A stretch of DNA of 64,000 nt from a virus (IMGVR_UViG_3300010348_001730:1-64000), one strand, 5' to 3'; shown: positions 1 to 11,465, numbered from the stretch's first letter. Numbers and translations are program-made. The notes: a model not told the origin generated them from the letters alone.

Positions 1-2
1 CT

Positions 3-3000
3 ATCAGTACAGCTAATACTATATTTGAATCAGCATCAGAAGCAGGAAGTGCTATGAAATCTTTTGAAGAAGATTTAAATAATAAATTAAATTCAGGAGA
101 TATTGATGAAAACACTTATAATGAGTTGTTAAAACAAAAAGGAGAATTAGGTAGAGATATGTTTTTAACAAATCTCGCAATTCTTGCTGGACCTAATATA
201 ATTAATACTAAATTATTATATGGTGTTAATAAAGAAGCTAAAAGTGCTGCTAAGTTTCTAACTAGAGATGCTGAAGGAAAGTTACTTGCAGAAGTAGCTA
301 CACCTTCTTTAAAATCTAAGTTAGGTGATATTAGTAAAGGATTTCTTAAAGCTCTTGGTAGAGAAGGTTTCTTTGAAGAAGGGTTACAATCTACTACTGA
401 GAATTACTTCAAGAAACAAGCTTCTAACGGTAAGCTTACAGATAGTTATTTAGATAACATTAATCTTAGTGATTTTGGTTCAGAATATCTTGATATGCTT
501 GCTACTACTGATGGACAAAAAGCTATTGCTTTAGGTGGATTATTAGGAGCTCCTTTAGATGTAATGCATGAGTTTAAGCAAGACTCTAGAGATAAAGCTG
601 AAACAGGTAGATTATTAGGAATACTTCAAAGTACTAATGATGCTTATCTTGCTACTACAATTACTCCAGATATCTGGAAAAGAACTGAAGCAATTGATCC
701 TGAAACAGGTGAACATGCTTATGAAATAGTTAATGGTAGAAGAGTTATTGATCCTGTAAAGAGAAATGAGGTAATTAAGAAAGCCTCTAACTCTGAAGAA
801 TTTGGTAAACTATTTGATTTAGCACAAGAGCTTGGTAACACAGAAGCTTTGACAATGCTTCAAACTATAGCTGAAGATAATCTTATTACTCCAATGATTA
901 TGAATAGTAATCTTGGATTAGAAGTTCTTGGTGAACATGTAAAAAGTAATCCTTCAATACCAGAAGATGCTAAGAAAAGAATTATGCAAAAAGCTGAAGT
1001 AATGCAGAAAGCTCATGATGACTTTCAAAACTTTGGTGGAGATGTAATTAAACTAGAACATAAAGATGCTACAGGAGATCAGAAGAAAAGATACTATGAC
1101 TTATTAAATCAAGCATTAATTGTTAATAAGTCTAGACAATTTCAAGCTGAACAAGATTTAGAGCCTATAAGAAAACAGATTACTGATATTTTAGCATCTA
1201 AAGGATTAACAGATGATGTAGCTTCTTCTGTTAAGAATAATTATGCTTCTACTGATATAAGACTAAGAAAGCTTTATGATGCTGAATTAGAGAATACAGA
1301 GAAGATTAAAAATCTTAAAAAGCAAGAAGATCTTATATGGAATCCTAAAGAACAGAAAAAAGCTTTTAATGAATTTATTGAAAATTCTAAAAAGACTTCT
1401 GATAGAGAAACTCCTGAGAAAGTAGAGAAAGCTAACGAGAAAATTGATAAAATTAATAAAGCTACTACAGCAAAAGAAGTAGCTGAAGCTGTAAGTACTG
1501 AAGATGCTGAATTACAAGATACTTCTGAAAATGTTAAGTCTAAACCTAAAAAGATTAAATCTGAACCTGATGATAAATTAGATCCTCAGACTGAAAAGGT
1601 TATCAACAAAATGGCTGATAACAAAATAGGAGTTATTACTGCAGCTCAAAATGCTGAGATTATTGCAGGTAATGAAGCTACTAAAGCAGGTGTAGAGAAT
1701 ATAAAAGAAGGTATTCTTAATGATGTACGACAATTAAATAATGTGGTTGTTGAAGGTAAAGAGTATATCTTTATAAATGCTTTTGGACTTGTAACAATGA
1801 ACACTGTAGATAATTCTGTATCTGAATCATTTGAAAATATTGAACAAGCTGTTGATTATATTAAAGCTATTTTAGATAAGAATGTAATACAAGAGACTCA
1901 GGAACAAGAAGTTAAAAATGAAATCTTTGAACCATCTCAAGCTTTGCATTTAGATCAATTAGAAGGAGATGATATTCTTAAAAATGATGAACAACATAAT
2001 GAAGCTGCAGCTGATGGAAGAAAACCTACAATAGGAACTACAGGTGTTGATAGAAAAGGATTATTACATGACTGGTTACCTGAAAAATTTAAAAACTGGT
2101 TAGTTAATCTTAAAGATAAAAAAGGAACTCCTGTAACATTTAGTATGCCTGATATTTCTAGATTTTCTTATGATGAGAAACAGACGGCTGCTGTTAAAAT
2201 GTTACAATCAGAAGATTTTACTAACAAAGATTTTTTATATCGACATTTACCAATACAAGTAAATATTGATAAAGATAATTTTACATTTATTGCTACATTA
2301 CAAGAAGATAAAGTAGAAGAAGGCACTGAAAGATATGTTGCTAGAAAAAACATAGTAGATTCTATTATAAACAACTCAGGTAAAGGTATTGATAAATACA
2401 AAGAAATCACATCTGTAATTGACTACCAAAAAGGAGGAGAATTAAATTATATTAAACCTCAACATGTTCTTGATGAACAAGGTTCTTTATTAAGTATCGA
2501 TTTAGTAGAAAATAATATTTCAGCAATATCTGAATTTAATAATGATTATAAAAAAGTTCCTTTATATTTTGTAAAAGATGAACAAGGTAATGTTTTTGAT
2601 GAAGATAAAAACGATGCTACTTTTAAATTTCCATCTAATCTTACTGCTAAACAAAAAGGATATGTTTATACTATTATAAAATCACATAACGGTACAAATG
2701 TTCCTGTAAAAATGAATATTAAAAAACTTGAATTACAACAAGCTTATTTAATATATGAAGTTTACAAAACATTATATTTATATAATAAAAATAATAAAGT
2801 TAAGTTAAATCAATATAATGCAAAACTTAGTGATATTTATTCTCAAAATAATAAATTAAAATTTACAATTGAAAAGTTTTTTGAAAAAGAATTAAGTATT
2901 TTTAAAAATAAAAATAATATTACTGTAGCTGATTTTATGACTATTTTTATTCACGATAATTTAGCATTAGATGGTTCAACAAAACCTTACACTACTAAAT

Positions 3001-3689
3001 ACAGAGGTGCAGGTATAACTTTTGGTGAAGAAAATTTTATAAATTTTGAAAAAGAATCAAGTGATTTTAAAGATGCATTTATAGATTTTTTAACTACACA
3101 AAAACGTCAAAATGTTAAATTAGACTTTTTAACAGGTTCAAGTAATGTTGATAAAAATAAATATAAGGAATATATTATCAACAATAAAATAATTAATGTA
3201 AATCTTGATACATCTAATCCTTTTAAAGGAGACATAAATGTATATATTAGTTCTGATGTAAATACTCCTAAAATAGAAATAGTAAAAAAAGAAAATTCTT
3301 TAGAAACAGATAATTTTCAATCTTTATCTGAAATAAAAGATATTCTTAAAAATGAATTTGATGATGTAAGTGATCTTGAAAAATATATATATTTAGACGG
3401 TATACATTACGTGAGCACTATTAATAATAATTATTATATTATACCAGATATTAATTCAGATCGTCCAGATGCTTTTCCTATGAAAGTTACTAAAGAACAA
3501 ATAATTAAACCTTTTAGAACAGAAGCTGAATGGAATAAAGTCGGGGTAACTTTCAAAAAAAATAATGAAAAAACTTTGAATTCTGAAAATAAAGATGTAT
3601 CTTTACCACCAGGTTCTAAAGGAGGTAAATTTAAGAAAAAAACAAATAATAATGATAATCCTGAAGGATTTAGTAAAAAAGGTTGTTAA
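3..3689 (+). CDS. Large virion cargo/ejection protein, 5'-partial (crAss-like RNAP-associated cargo)
   Basis: Frame is open from position 3 (ISTANTIFESASEAGSA-M), so the gene starts before the window; >1200 aa; 'REGFFEEGLQ' helical segment typical of ejection proteins; directly upstream of the virion RNAP. Confidence 0.7.
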   Translation: MSTANTIFESASEAGSAMKSFEEDLNNKLNSGDIDENTYNELLKQKGELGRDMFLTNLAILAGPNIINTKLLYGVNKEAKSAAKFLTRDAEGKLLAEVATPSLKSKLGDISKGFLKALGREGFFEEGLQSTTENYFKKQASNGKLTDSYLDNINLSDFGSEYLDMLATTDGQKAIALGGLLGAPLDVMHEFKQDSRDKAETGRLLGILQSTNDAYLATTITPDIWKRTEAIDPETGEHAYEIVNGRRVIDPVKRNEVIKKASNSEEFGKLFDLAQELGNTEALTMLQTIAEDNLITPMIMNSNLGLEVLGEHVKSNPSIPEDAKKRIMQKAEVMQKAHDDFQNFGGDVIKLEHKDATGDQKKRYYDLLNQALIVNKSRQFQAEQDLEPIRKQITDILASKGLTDDVASSVKNNYASTDIRLRKLYDAELENTEKIKNLKKQEDLIWNPKEQKKAFNEFIENSKKTSDRETPEKVEKANEKIDKINKATTAKEVAEAVSTEDAELQDTSENVKSKPKKIKSEPDDKLDPQTEKVINKMADNKIGVITAAQNAEIIAGNEATKAGVENIKEGILNDVRQLNNVVVEGKEYIFINAFGLVTMNTVDNSVSESFENIEQAVDYIKAILDKNVIQETQEQEVKNEIFEPSQALHLDQLEGDDILKNDEQHNEAAADGRKPTIGTTGVDRKGLLHDWLPEKFKNWLVNLKDKKGTPVTFSMPDISRFSYDEKQTAAVKMLQSEDFTNKDFLYRHLPIQVNIDKDNFTFIATLQEDKVEEGTERYVARKNIVDSIINNSGKGIDKYKEITSVIDYQKGGELNYIKPQHVLDEQGSLLSIDLVENNISAISEFNNDYKKVPLYFVKDEQGNVFDEDKNDATFKFPSNLTAKQKGYVYTIIKSHNGTNVPVKMNIKKLELQQAYLIYEVYKTLYLYNKNNKVKLNQYNAKLSDIYSQNNKLKFTIEKFFEKELSIFKNKNNITVADFMTIFIHDNLALDGSTKPYTTKYRGAGITFGEENFINFEKESSDFKDAFIDFLTTQKRQNVKLDFLTGSSNVDKNKYKEYIINNKIINVNLDTSNPFKGDINVYISSDVNTPKIEIVKKENSLETDNFQSLSEIKDILKNEFDDVSDLEKYIYLDGIHYVSTINNNYYIIPDINSDRPDAFPMKVTKEQIIKPFRTEAEWNKVGVTFKKNNEKTLNSENKDVSLPPGSKGGKFKKKTNNNDNPEGFSKKGC
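3575..3605 (+). promoter_or_regulatory. Possible Bacteroidota sigma70-type promoter upstream of the vRNAP gene
   Basis: TTTG-N19-TATCTTTA, one mismatch to the TTTG...TAnnTTTG consensus; lies inside the upstream CDS. Confidence 0.35.
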
Positions 3690-3699
3690 AAAATAAATT

Positions 3700-6600
3700 A
3701 TGGCATGTACGTATATTAATCCAAAAACTAAAAATGAATTAGCTCTGTCTAACATTTTAAGAGAATACTATAAACTAGACGATTCTAAAGAGTCGTCTCA
3801 GTTTTTAGATTCTAAAATTAAAATGTTCTTTACAGATGATTTTAAACAAATTTTTGGAGATTGGATAAATGAAGATAAAGAATTATTTGGTAATAGAGTA
3901 AATGAATTTGGAGAACCTAACTTATATAAAGATGGGGAAAACTTTTATGTTTATGATTTAAATAATGAAAAATATTTTATTAATAATAGAAGATTTGAAG
4001 GTTTAGAACAATATGAAGGTTTAGCTCAAGATTTATCAAAACTTAAAGAAGAAGGAACTTCAAAAATTGTAAATTATATATTTACAAAATATAAAAATAA
4101 AGATGAAGATATCACAGATCTTGAAAATATATCTTTTAATTTAGAAGATGAAGTTGATAATTTTTTCAAAGACCAAATTAAAGAAAATCCTTATCTTGAA
4201 GAAGATATGTCAATTCTTTCTCAATTTAAAGAAGATTTTGTTTTAGAAGTTAAAGATTATTTAAACAATATAAATATTGTTTATAATGAAGATCCTGATA
4301 CAGACGATCAATCTTATCAAGATTCTTTAGAAGATAATGGTGCAGTTGTCGGTAAAAGTTCTATTGAAAAAAATAGTAAAGATAATGCTACAGTATCTGT
4401 TAAATTAATGATGTCATTAATTCCAGATATTAACTCTGAATCAGAGTTTTTTACAGGATATAAATTACTACCATTTAGTAAAATATGGAATGATGTCCAA
4501 AAAACTTTATCAGATGTACCTAAAATAATGTCTGATGTTAATGGTAATGTTGTAGACCCTTATTCCATAATGATTTCTAGATTAAATAAAATGGCAATAA
4601 CTAAACCTTATATTCAAGGTTTAATTGATATTTTAGAAACATCTAGTAAAAATTTACAAACACAATTTGTTCAAGCTTTTGCAAATAATGGTAAATATAT
4701 TCAAGATACTCTTGAAATAGATCCTGCTACAGGAACTTATTCTTTAATAAATGCTGCAGAATCTTCATCTAAAAAATCTAAGTTATTGATTGAAGCAGGA
4801 TTAAATTTTAAATCATTGTTTACTACATTAGATACAAAAAGTGATAAAAGATCATTTGATTTACTATCTTATGAAAAATTTAGAAAAAAATATCTTGATT
4901 TACAACGTAATGAAAAAGAAACTAAAGGTTTATTAATACAGTTAAAAAATATTCAAAAAACTATTGAAAATACAGAAATTCCATCTAATGATAAAATTTT
5001 AGAAAGAGATAGAATTTTAAAAGACATTGTAAATCTTTTTTCAGAAATAATTACAAATTTAGGATTTCCTTTAACAGGAGATAGTTTAAATTATTTTCTT
5101 TCTGAAAATGGTAAATTAAGAGAACCTAGTGTTAATTCAACAATTAAACAAATTGAAGATTTTGTAATAAGTTTTAATTATATTGATAAATTTTTAATTC
5201 CCAACATTAATTTAACAAATGATCAAAAAATTAATGTTGCTACAGATAAATTGTTTGATAAATCTGGAAAATATTTAAATATTTATAAAGGTGAAAAAAA
5301 TCAAATTACTAGTCAAAAAGTAATTGAAAACATTGCTGAAGCTATTGGATTTTTTAACACAGATTTAAATGAAGATATGTTTTTCTCTGGAGATAAGCAA
5401 ATGTGGGTATATTCTCAAACATCTCATTTATATGATGTAATAAACATACTAAACAATGATCCTAAAGAAGTTGAAAAAAGATTATCGTTATCATTTACTA
5501 AAAATTCAAAATATTTAAAACTTTATCAAGAAGGAAAAAAACTTAAAATTCATCGTACAAACAGTATGATGGAAAAAGATAAAGCTTCTGAATCAAAAGA
5601 TAATGTTAATACTTCTAAAACAGATGCTATAAATAGAGAAATATTTGAAGCTCTTTTAGGTAAAAAACATAACGCAAATTCTATTTTTCCAACAGCAATT
5701 GCTGCTGATAAACCTACAACTTTAAAATTAGAAGTTCCAAATTTTATAGAATCAAGAGCTTTTGAAAATGAAGATGGTGAAATTCAATTATCAGAAGAAG
5801 TATTAGATATTTTTACAGGATATTTTGAAGATGAACTTTTAACAGCATTAGAAGCTAAAAAATTTATTGCTGACAATACAGATTCTAAAGGAAATGTTGA
5901 TGTATCAAAATTAACACAATATAAACATGTTAGTGCAGATGGATATGTTTTTAGTGTTTTAGATGCTAAAGGTAATTCAATATTAAAAACTAATAATGTT
6001 TTAGAAGCGGAAAATCTATATCAAAAAAATATTGAAAAAGGATATAGAAAAATATATCTTGGAGGAGTTTTTAAAAATTTTACAACACCTTCATTATCTC
6101 CAGAAAATCTTATTAAAAGACCTGAAATTTTTAAATTATTTTATAATTTAGATTTTACACCTATTTTAATTAATGAATTAACAGAACAACAAAAAATAAC
6201 AATAAAACCAATACTTAATAAATTATTAAGTAATTTAATAAAAGATAATATTAAATATGCCGTTGATGCAAAAGTTTTTAGGAAGAGTTTTGCTAAAAAT
6301 ACATTTGATTCTAATTTATATAAATTATATTCTGAGAATTATGATTTAAAAAGTACAGATTCTAATTATTTAAAAGATGCATATAAAGCAATTGTTACAG
6401 ATATAATGTCTGATTATACAATTAATAGTACTATTGCTCAAATCGAATTTTCTAAAATATTTAATGGTTCTATTAATAATCATAAAAATGCAGTTGATTA
6501 TTTTAAACGTGTACCTAAAACATATATTGATGGTAAAGGACTTAGATTAGGACTTACTGAAGGAGATCATAATTTCAATGTTACAGTATTGCAAGATGTA

Positions 6601-9600
6601 GAAACATCTTCACCTTATATAGATCAAATGGGTGAAGTTGGTAAAAAATTCTATAGTGGTGATAAAATAAATCAAGCTGATGCTCAAGCATATATTACAC
6701 CAGCAAGATGGAAATTTTTACTTGAAAGACTTGGTCAATTTGGTAACAATGAAAAAAAGGTATGGAATAAGATACAAAGAATGGAGAATGGTGAAAATGT
6801 AGAATTTAATACTAAAGAATTAAAAACTCTTTCTACAAAACCTTTAAAAGGAGTTTATTTCTCTAACGAAAATAATAATCCAGTGTACCTTAAATACTCT
6901 CAAACAGTGCTTTTAAAATCTCTTGTTAAAGGTACACCATTAGAACAATTGTTAAATCAAATGGAATCTCAAAATATATCTGAAGCTATTATGAATTCAG
7001 GTGTAAAAGTTGGAGCTAAATTAACTGAAAATAATACGTCTCAAAGTATTTTAAATTTAGAAAAAACTACTCTTAATTCAATACCTCTCGATAATAGATT
7101 TTGGAAATTACAACAAGATTTACCAAATAAAGGTTTTAAACAAACTCTTTTAGGTTCTCAAATTCAAAAAAATATTTTTGATAATTTTAATTTTGAAGGG
7201 GTTTATAAATTTGGTGATAAAACTTACACAGGAGAAGAAGTTTATGAGAATATACATTCAGCTATTGGAGAAATATCTAATAGAGGTATTACTAAAATAG
7301 TTAAAAAATTTCAAATTGATTCTAATTATATTATACGTAACTGGTCTCAATTCTCTAAAGAAATAGCAGACCAATTACGTAAAGAAAAAATTAATGAAAA
7401 CATTATTAAAGCTGTTGAAAAAGAATTAACACCTTATGTAATACCTCAAGCTAAAGATAAGATTCTTTCAACAATAATGAGTATTATTAATAAATCTGCA
7501 ATAAAATTAAAAACAAATGGTGGGTCGTTAATTCAAATGTCTAATTTTGGATTAGATCAAAATATTAAATCTGATACAGGTATTAGATGGTTAATTGATC
7601 CACAGCAATTAGCAGAACCTAGAAAAATTTTACAAGAAGATGGTACACCTTTAGTTATACCTGGACAGTGTTTTATATCAGGTAATTTATTAGGACAATA
7701 TATTCCTAATTGGAGAGAATATAGTAATGAAGAATTATTTGGAAATAATGGTATATTCCCAAAAGAAATTTTAAAAATGATTGGATATAGAATTCCTAAT
7801 CAAGCAATGTCTTCTAATGATGCTTTAGATATTGTAGGAATTCTTCCTGATACTTATATTGATACAATAGTTCCTTATACTGGTATTACAACTAAAACAG
7901 GATCTGACTTTGATATTGATAAAATGTTTATAATTCTTCCTTCATTTAGACCTAAATATACTAACAATGTTAAACTTTTAAATGAAGTTTACAAAGGAAA
8001 AACTATTTCTGAAACTACTGAATTATTAGCAGATCCATTAGATGAATTTAATATTCCTAACGAAATATCTAATGAAGATATTGTTAGAATGATGTTGTCT
8101 GATAAAGAAGATGGTGATATGAAAGAAATTATAAATTTTTATAGAGATATTGTTTTGTCTAATATTTTTAACAATAAAAAACTTTCTAAAGAATTCAGAA
8201 AAATCAATAAAGATTATATTAAAGTAGAAAAAGTAGAATATATTCATTTTGATGAAAATAAACTTATGAAAGAACAATCTACTGAAGCTATTAATAATAG
8301 ACTTTTTGAAATGTATCATTCAATTCTTACACAGCCAAGTAATTATGATAATTTAATTACACCAATTGATCATGCACATATTAAAGATTTTATTACTAAA
8401 ACTCTTTTTCCAGAAACAAATGTATTAAAAGATTATAAAGCTTTTTCTGCATTGTATCAGGTAGATATGAAATATGAATTTATTGCTGGTTCTTTTGGAA
8501 TAGGTCAAGTAGCAAATCAATTAGTTGATTCAGTAATGAATCAGGTTTCTCAAGAAAGACTATATCTTTATTTAGGTTGGGGAAATTATGATGAAATTCT
8601 AACTGATTCTAAATCAATATCTGAAAAAAGAAAAGTTACTGTTTTTGATAAAAAAGGAGATAAAGGTATTTATGATGAAGAAAATGCTTATAAAATAACA
8701 GATAGTTTAACTGCTTTATTAAATGGATTTGTGGATATTGCAAAAGATCCTTATATTACAAGAGGTAATTGGAATACTCAAACAACCAATACTGGAGCAA
8801 TGTTGTTAAGAGCAGGAGTACATCCTTATAAAGTTCTTTCATTTTTAGCACAACCTTCGTTAGTTGAAATGGTAAATATTACTTCTGAAAGAGAAGGTAT
8901 CTTAACAAAAAAAGGATCTTCTTCAACTGTAATTACTGAATTAAAAGATAAATATTTATTATTATTTAAAAAATCATTAATTTCAAATGGTATTTTAAAA
9001 TCGCAAAAAGACGATTACTGGAATGTTATTTTAAAAGATATTTCTAACAGAAATAAAACAGAATTAAATATTTCTGAAGATGTTATTACTACTAATAAAA
9101 TTCAAAATAGATCTTTAGATATTCTTGTAAAACATATTTCAGATAATAGATTAGATGTTGAAAAAGATTCACAATATTATCTTGATCAATATTTAACTTT
9201 AAAAGAATATGAAAGAATAAAACCTATTGTAAAAGAATTTACAAAATCAGTAGGATCTTCAAAATATGGAGAATCAGGAACAGGAAAATCATTAATTGAA
9301 CACATTATTCAAAGTAATAAAACCTCAGATGTTTATTATAAGAATATGATTGTGAATTTTGATAAAAAATTCTTTAATTTAGAACATCTTTCAGAAGGAA
9401 TTACTTCTTTAGGAACTTTTCATAAAAATACAGAAGTTTTTATGAATAACTTAATAAATAATAATCCTAAATTATTTATTACAGGTAATGATTTTTTTAA
9501 AGAAATAATGAATGAAATGTCTTCTGAAATTCATAAAAATAAAAAATATTTAGATGATGAAGAAATTGGAAAAATATTTGAACAATCATTTTACACAATG

Positions 9601-11112
9601 ATTACTTCTGAATCTAAACTTTTTAAAATGAGTGATGATGTTGTTAAAAGAGGAAATTTAGAAGTTCCAAAAGAATTTTTTTATTTATTTACAAAATCAA
9701 ATAGTATTACACCTGTAACAATTTCTGATTTAATTCTTACAACAAAACAAGAATTATTAGATCAAGGAAGAAATAATTTCTTATTAGATAATATTGAAAT
9801 TAAAGAAGACAATAAATTTGTTTTTATTGGAATCGATGGAATTCGTTTAAAACCTAATGATTTTACTGAAAAATTAATAAATGCTTGGAGAGATCTTGAA
9901 AAAGAATATCCCGCATTAGCTGAAGATTTAGTTAAATATGCTTATCAACAATCTGGGTTTAGATATAACGCAAATCAAATTTATCAATTTATTCCACATG
10001 AATATTTAATAAAATATAATTTTAATAATTATATTAATAAGATTGCAGATGAAATAAAAGAAGGTAAAATAGATCCTGAAATTATTAAAGATAATATTTA
10101 TAGACATAATTGGAATAATAGTAAAATTGTTCCTTTTGTAAATATTAAAAATATGTCTAAAAGAGAAGATAGTTCTATAGCATTATATAAAAATGATTTA
10201 GGTTTTAGATTATCTAAAAATTCAAATAGACATTCAGGTGAAGGATTTTATATTAGTGATGAAAATTCAATATTAACGTTTCCTAAGTTTGTAAATTATA
10301 ATGATAATTTATACGAACTAGAAGGTTATTTAAAAGGAGAACCTATTTATTTTAAAACAAATAAATTAGGATATCGTTCAAGTAAAGGTCAATTACACGA
10401 ATATTCTTTATATAAAAAACTTAATGAATCAAACATTAAAGAAAATAATTTAACAGAAGATGAAAAAGTTTTTATTAATAAAGCTAAAGAATCCTTAAAA
10501 GATCAAATTATTAAATACGAAGATGTTTTAATTGATAGAATAGTTCTACCAATTGTAAAAAGTTTTAATAGTAATGAATTAGTTTCTGATCTTGAAGTTG
10601 AAGAAGAAATAATCGAATTTAATGAAGAAATGAAAGAATATTCTAAAATCTTAATGCAGCCTGATAATATTGAAAAAATAAAGTCAGGGACTAAAACAAT
10701 AACTAATAGAACAGAATTATTTAATGACGGTATTTATATCATGCCTGATGGAACGAATATCAAATTGACACTATTAGGTAAAGCTAAAGCAGATAAGCCA
10801 GGAACAACTAATTTTGTAAGTTTTGATACTGTTAATGGTAGAGGAATTGAAGAAGATTGGGATAAAAATGATTTTGCAAAAAGTGAAGGTTTTAAAGATT
10901 GGAAAGATTTTGAAGAAAATAATAAATTCTCTAATAATTTTATTAATGGTACTTCTAGTAGATATATTTATTCAATAAATCTTGTTACAGCAGTAAAAAC
11001 ATTGTGGGAACAACATTATGAAAAAATCAATGATAAATTTCCAGATTTAACTTTTGATCAATTTAATCAAATGACTGATGAAGAACAGTCTAATTTAATA
11101 CAATGTTTATAA
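3700..11112 (+). CDS. Virion-packaged DNA-dependent RNA polymerase (crAss-like, phi14:2 gp66 type) with C-terminal ASCH-like domain
   Basis: 2470 aa; 'GYRIPNQ...TGSDFDIDKMF' catalytic DxDxD motif at ~7900-7923; 'DAQAYIT', 'KPLKG', 'VDIAKDP' conserved segments. Confidence 0.9.
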   Translation: MACTYINPKTKNELALSNILREYYKLDDSKESSQFLDSKIKMFFTDDFKQIFGDWINEDKELFGNRVNEFGEPNLYKDGENFYVYDLNNEKYFINNRRFEGLEQYEGLAQDLSKLKEEGTSKIVNYIFTKYKNKDEDITDLENISFNLEDEVDNFFKDQIKENPYLEEDMSILSQFKEDFVLEVKDYLNNINIVYNEDPDTDDQSYQDSLEDNGAVVGKSSIEKNSKDNATVSVKLMMSLIPDINSESEFFTGYKLLPFSKIWNDVQKTLSDVPKIMSDVNGNVVDPYSIMISRLNKMAITKPYIQGLIDILETSSKNLQTQFVQAFANNGKYIQDTLEIDPATGTYSLINAAESSSKKSKLLIEAGLNFKSLFTTLDTKSDKRSFDLLSYEKFRKKYLDLQRNEKETKGLLIQLKNIQKTIENTEIPSNDKILERDRILKDIVNLFSEIITNLGFPLTGDSLNYFLSENGKLREPSVNSTIKQIEDFVISFNYIDKFLIPNINLTNDQKINVATDKLFDKSGKYLNIYKGEKNQITSQKVIENIAEAIGFFNTDLNEDMFFSGDKQMWVYSQTSHLYDVINILNNDPKEVEKRLSLSFTKNSKYLKLYQEGKKLKIHRTNSMMEKDKASESKDNVNTSKTDAINREIFEALLGKKHNANSIFPTAIAADKPTTLKLEVPNFIESRAFENEDGEIQLSEEVLDIFTGYFEDELLTALEAKKFIADNTDSKGNVDVSKLTQYKHVSADGYVFSVLDAKGNSILKTNNVLEAENLYQKNIEKGYRKIYLGGVFKNFTTPSLSPENLIKRPEIFKLFYNLDFTPILINELTEQQKITIKPILNKLLSNLIKDNIKYAVDAKVFRKSFAKNTFDSNLYKLYSENYDLKSTDSNYLKDAYKAIVTDIMSDYTINSTIAQIEFSKIFNGSINNHKNAVDYFKRVPKTYIDGKGLRLGLTEGDHNFNVTVLQDVETSSPYIDQMGEVGKKFYSGDKINQADAQAYITPARWKFLLERLGQFGNNEKKVWNKIQRMENGENVEFNTKELKTLSTKPLKGVYFSNENNNPVYLKYSQTVLLKSLVKGTPLEQLLNQMESQNISEAIMNSGVKVGAKLTENNTSQSILNLEKTTLNSIPLDNRFWKLQQDLPNKGFKQTLLGSQIQKNIFDNFNFEGVYKFGDKTYTGEEVYENIHSAIGEISNRGITKIVKKFQIDSNYIIRNWSQFSKEIADQLRKEKINENIIKAVEKELTPYVIPQAKDKILSTIMSIINKSAIKLKTNGGSLIQMSNFGLDQNIKSDTGIRWLIDPQQLAEPRKILQEDGTPLVIPGQCFISGNLLGQYIPNWREYSNEELFGNNGIFPKEILKMIGYRIPNQAMSSNDALDIVGILPDTYIDTIVPYTGITTKTGSDFDIDKMFIILPSFRPKYTNNVKLLNEVYKGKTISETTELLADPLDEFNIPNEISNEDIVRMMLSDKEDGDMKEIINFYRDIVLSNIFNNKKLSKEFRKINKDYIKVEKVEYIHFDENKLMKEQSTEAINNRLFEMYHSILTQPSNYDNLITPIDHAHIKDFITKTLFPETNVLKDYKAFSALYQVDMKYEFIAGSFGIGQVANQLVDSVMNQVSQERLYLYLGWGNYDEILTDSKSISEKRKVTVFDKKGDKGIYDEENAYKITDSLTALLNGFVDIAKDPYITRGNWNTQTTNTGAMLLRAGVHPYKVLSFLAQPSLVEMVNITSEREGILTKKGSSSTVITELKDKYLLLFKKSLISNGILKSQKDDYWNVILKDISNRNKTELNISEDVITTNKIQNRSLDILVKHISDNRLDVEKDSQYYLDQYLTLKEYERIKPIVKEFTKSVGSSKYGESGTGKSLIEHIIQSNKTSDVYYKNMIVNFDKKFFNLEHLSEGITSLGTFHKNTEVFMNNLINNNPKLFITGNDFFKEIMNEMSSEIHKNKKYLDDEEIGKIFEQSFYTMITSESKLFKMSDDVVKRGNLEVPKEFFYLFTKSNSITPVTISDLILTTKQELLDQGRNNFLLDNIEIKEDNKFVFIGIDGIRLKPNDFTEKLINAWRDLEKEYPALAEDLVKYAYQQSGFRYNANQIYQFIPHEYLIKYNFNNYINKIADEIKEGKIDPEIIKDNIYRHNWNNSKIVPFVNIKNMSKREDSSIALYKNDLGFRLSKNSNRHSGEGFYISDENSILTFPKFVNYNDNLYELEGYLKGEPIYFKTNKLGYRSSKGQLHEYSLYKKLNESNIKENNLTEDEKVFINKAKESLKDQIIKYEDVLIDRIVLPIVKSFNSNELVSDLEVEEEIIEFNEEMKEYSKILMQPDNIEKIKSGTKTITNRTELFNDGIYIMPDGTNIKLTLLGKAKADKPGTTNFVSFDTVNGRGIEEDWDKNDFAKSEGFKDWKDFEENNKFSNNFINGTSSRYIYSINLVTAVKTLWEQHYEKINDKFPDLTFDQFNQMTDEEQSNLIQCL

Positions 11113-11465
11113 TGGATATAAAACAATTTTTATCTTCTCTATTTGAAATAGAGATAAATATACACATAGCTCATTTACAAACTACAAGTTTTTCAGAACA
11201 TAAAGCATTAGATGAAGTTTATACTGGAATTATAGATTTAAGAGATAGATTTATAGAATCTTATCAAGGTAAATATGGAGTTTATAAAGGATATCAATCA
11301 TTTCAAATTAAAGAAGCTATTGATCCTATTAATTATTTAAAAGAATTTTGTACTTTGTATGAAGAGTTTAGATTAACTTTAGAAGAAGGCTATTTACAAC
11401 AAATAACTGATGATATTTTAGAACTTTTTTACAGTGCAATATATAAATTAAAAACATTAAAATAA
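11112..11465 (+). CDS. Small ferritin/Dps-like four-helix protein (DUF5856-like)
   Basis: 'HIAHLQTTSFSEHKALDEVY...DRFIESYQGKYG...YKLKTL' pattern; ATG at 11112 overlaps the RNAP stop codon. Confidence 0.7.
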   Translation: MDIKQFLSSLFEIEINIHIAHLQTTSFSEHKALDEVYTGIIDLRDRFIESYQGKYGVYKGYQSFQIKEAIDPINYLKEFCTLYEEFRLTLEEGYLQQITDDILELFYSAIYKLKTLK

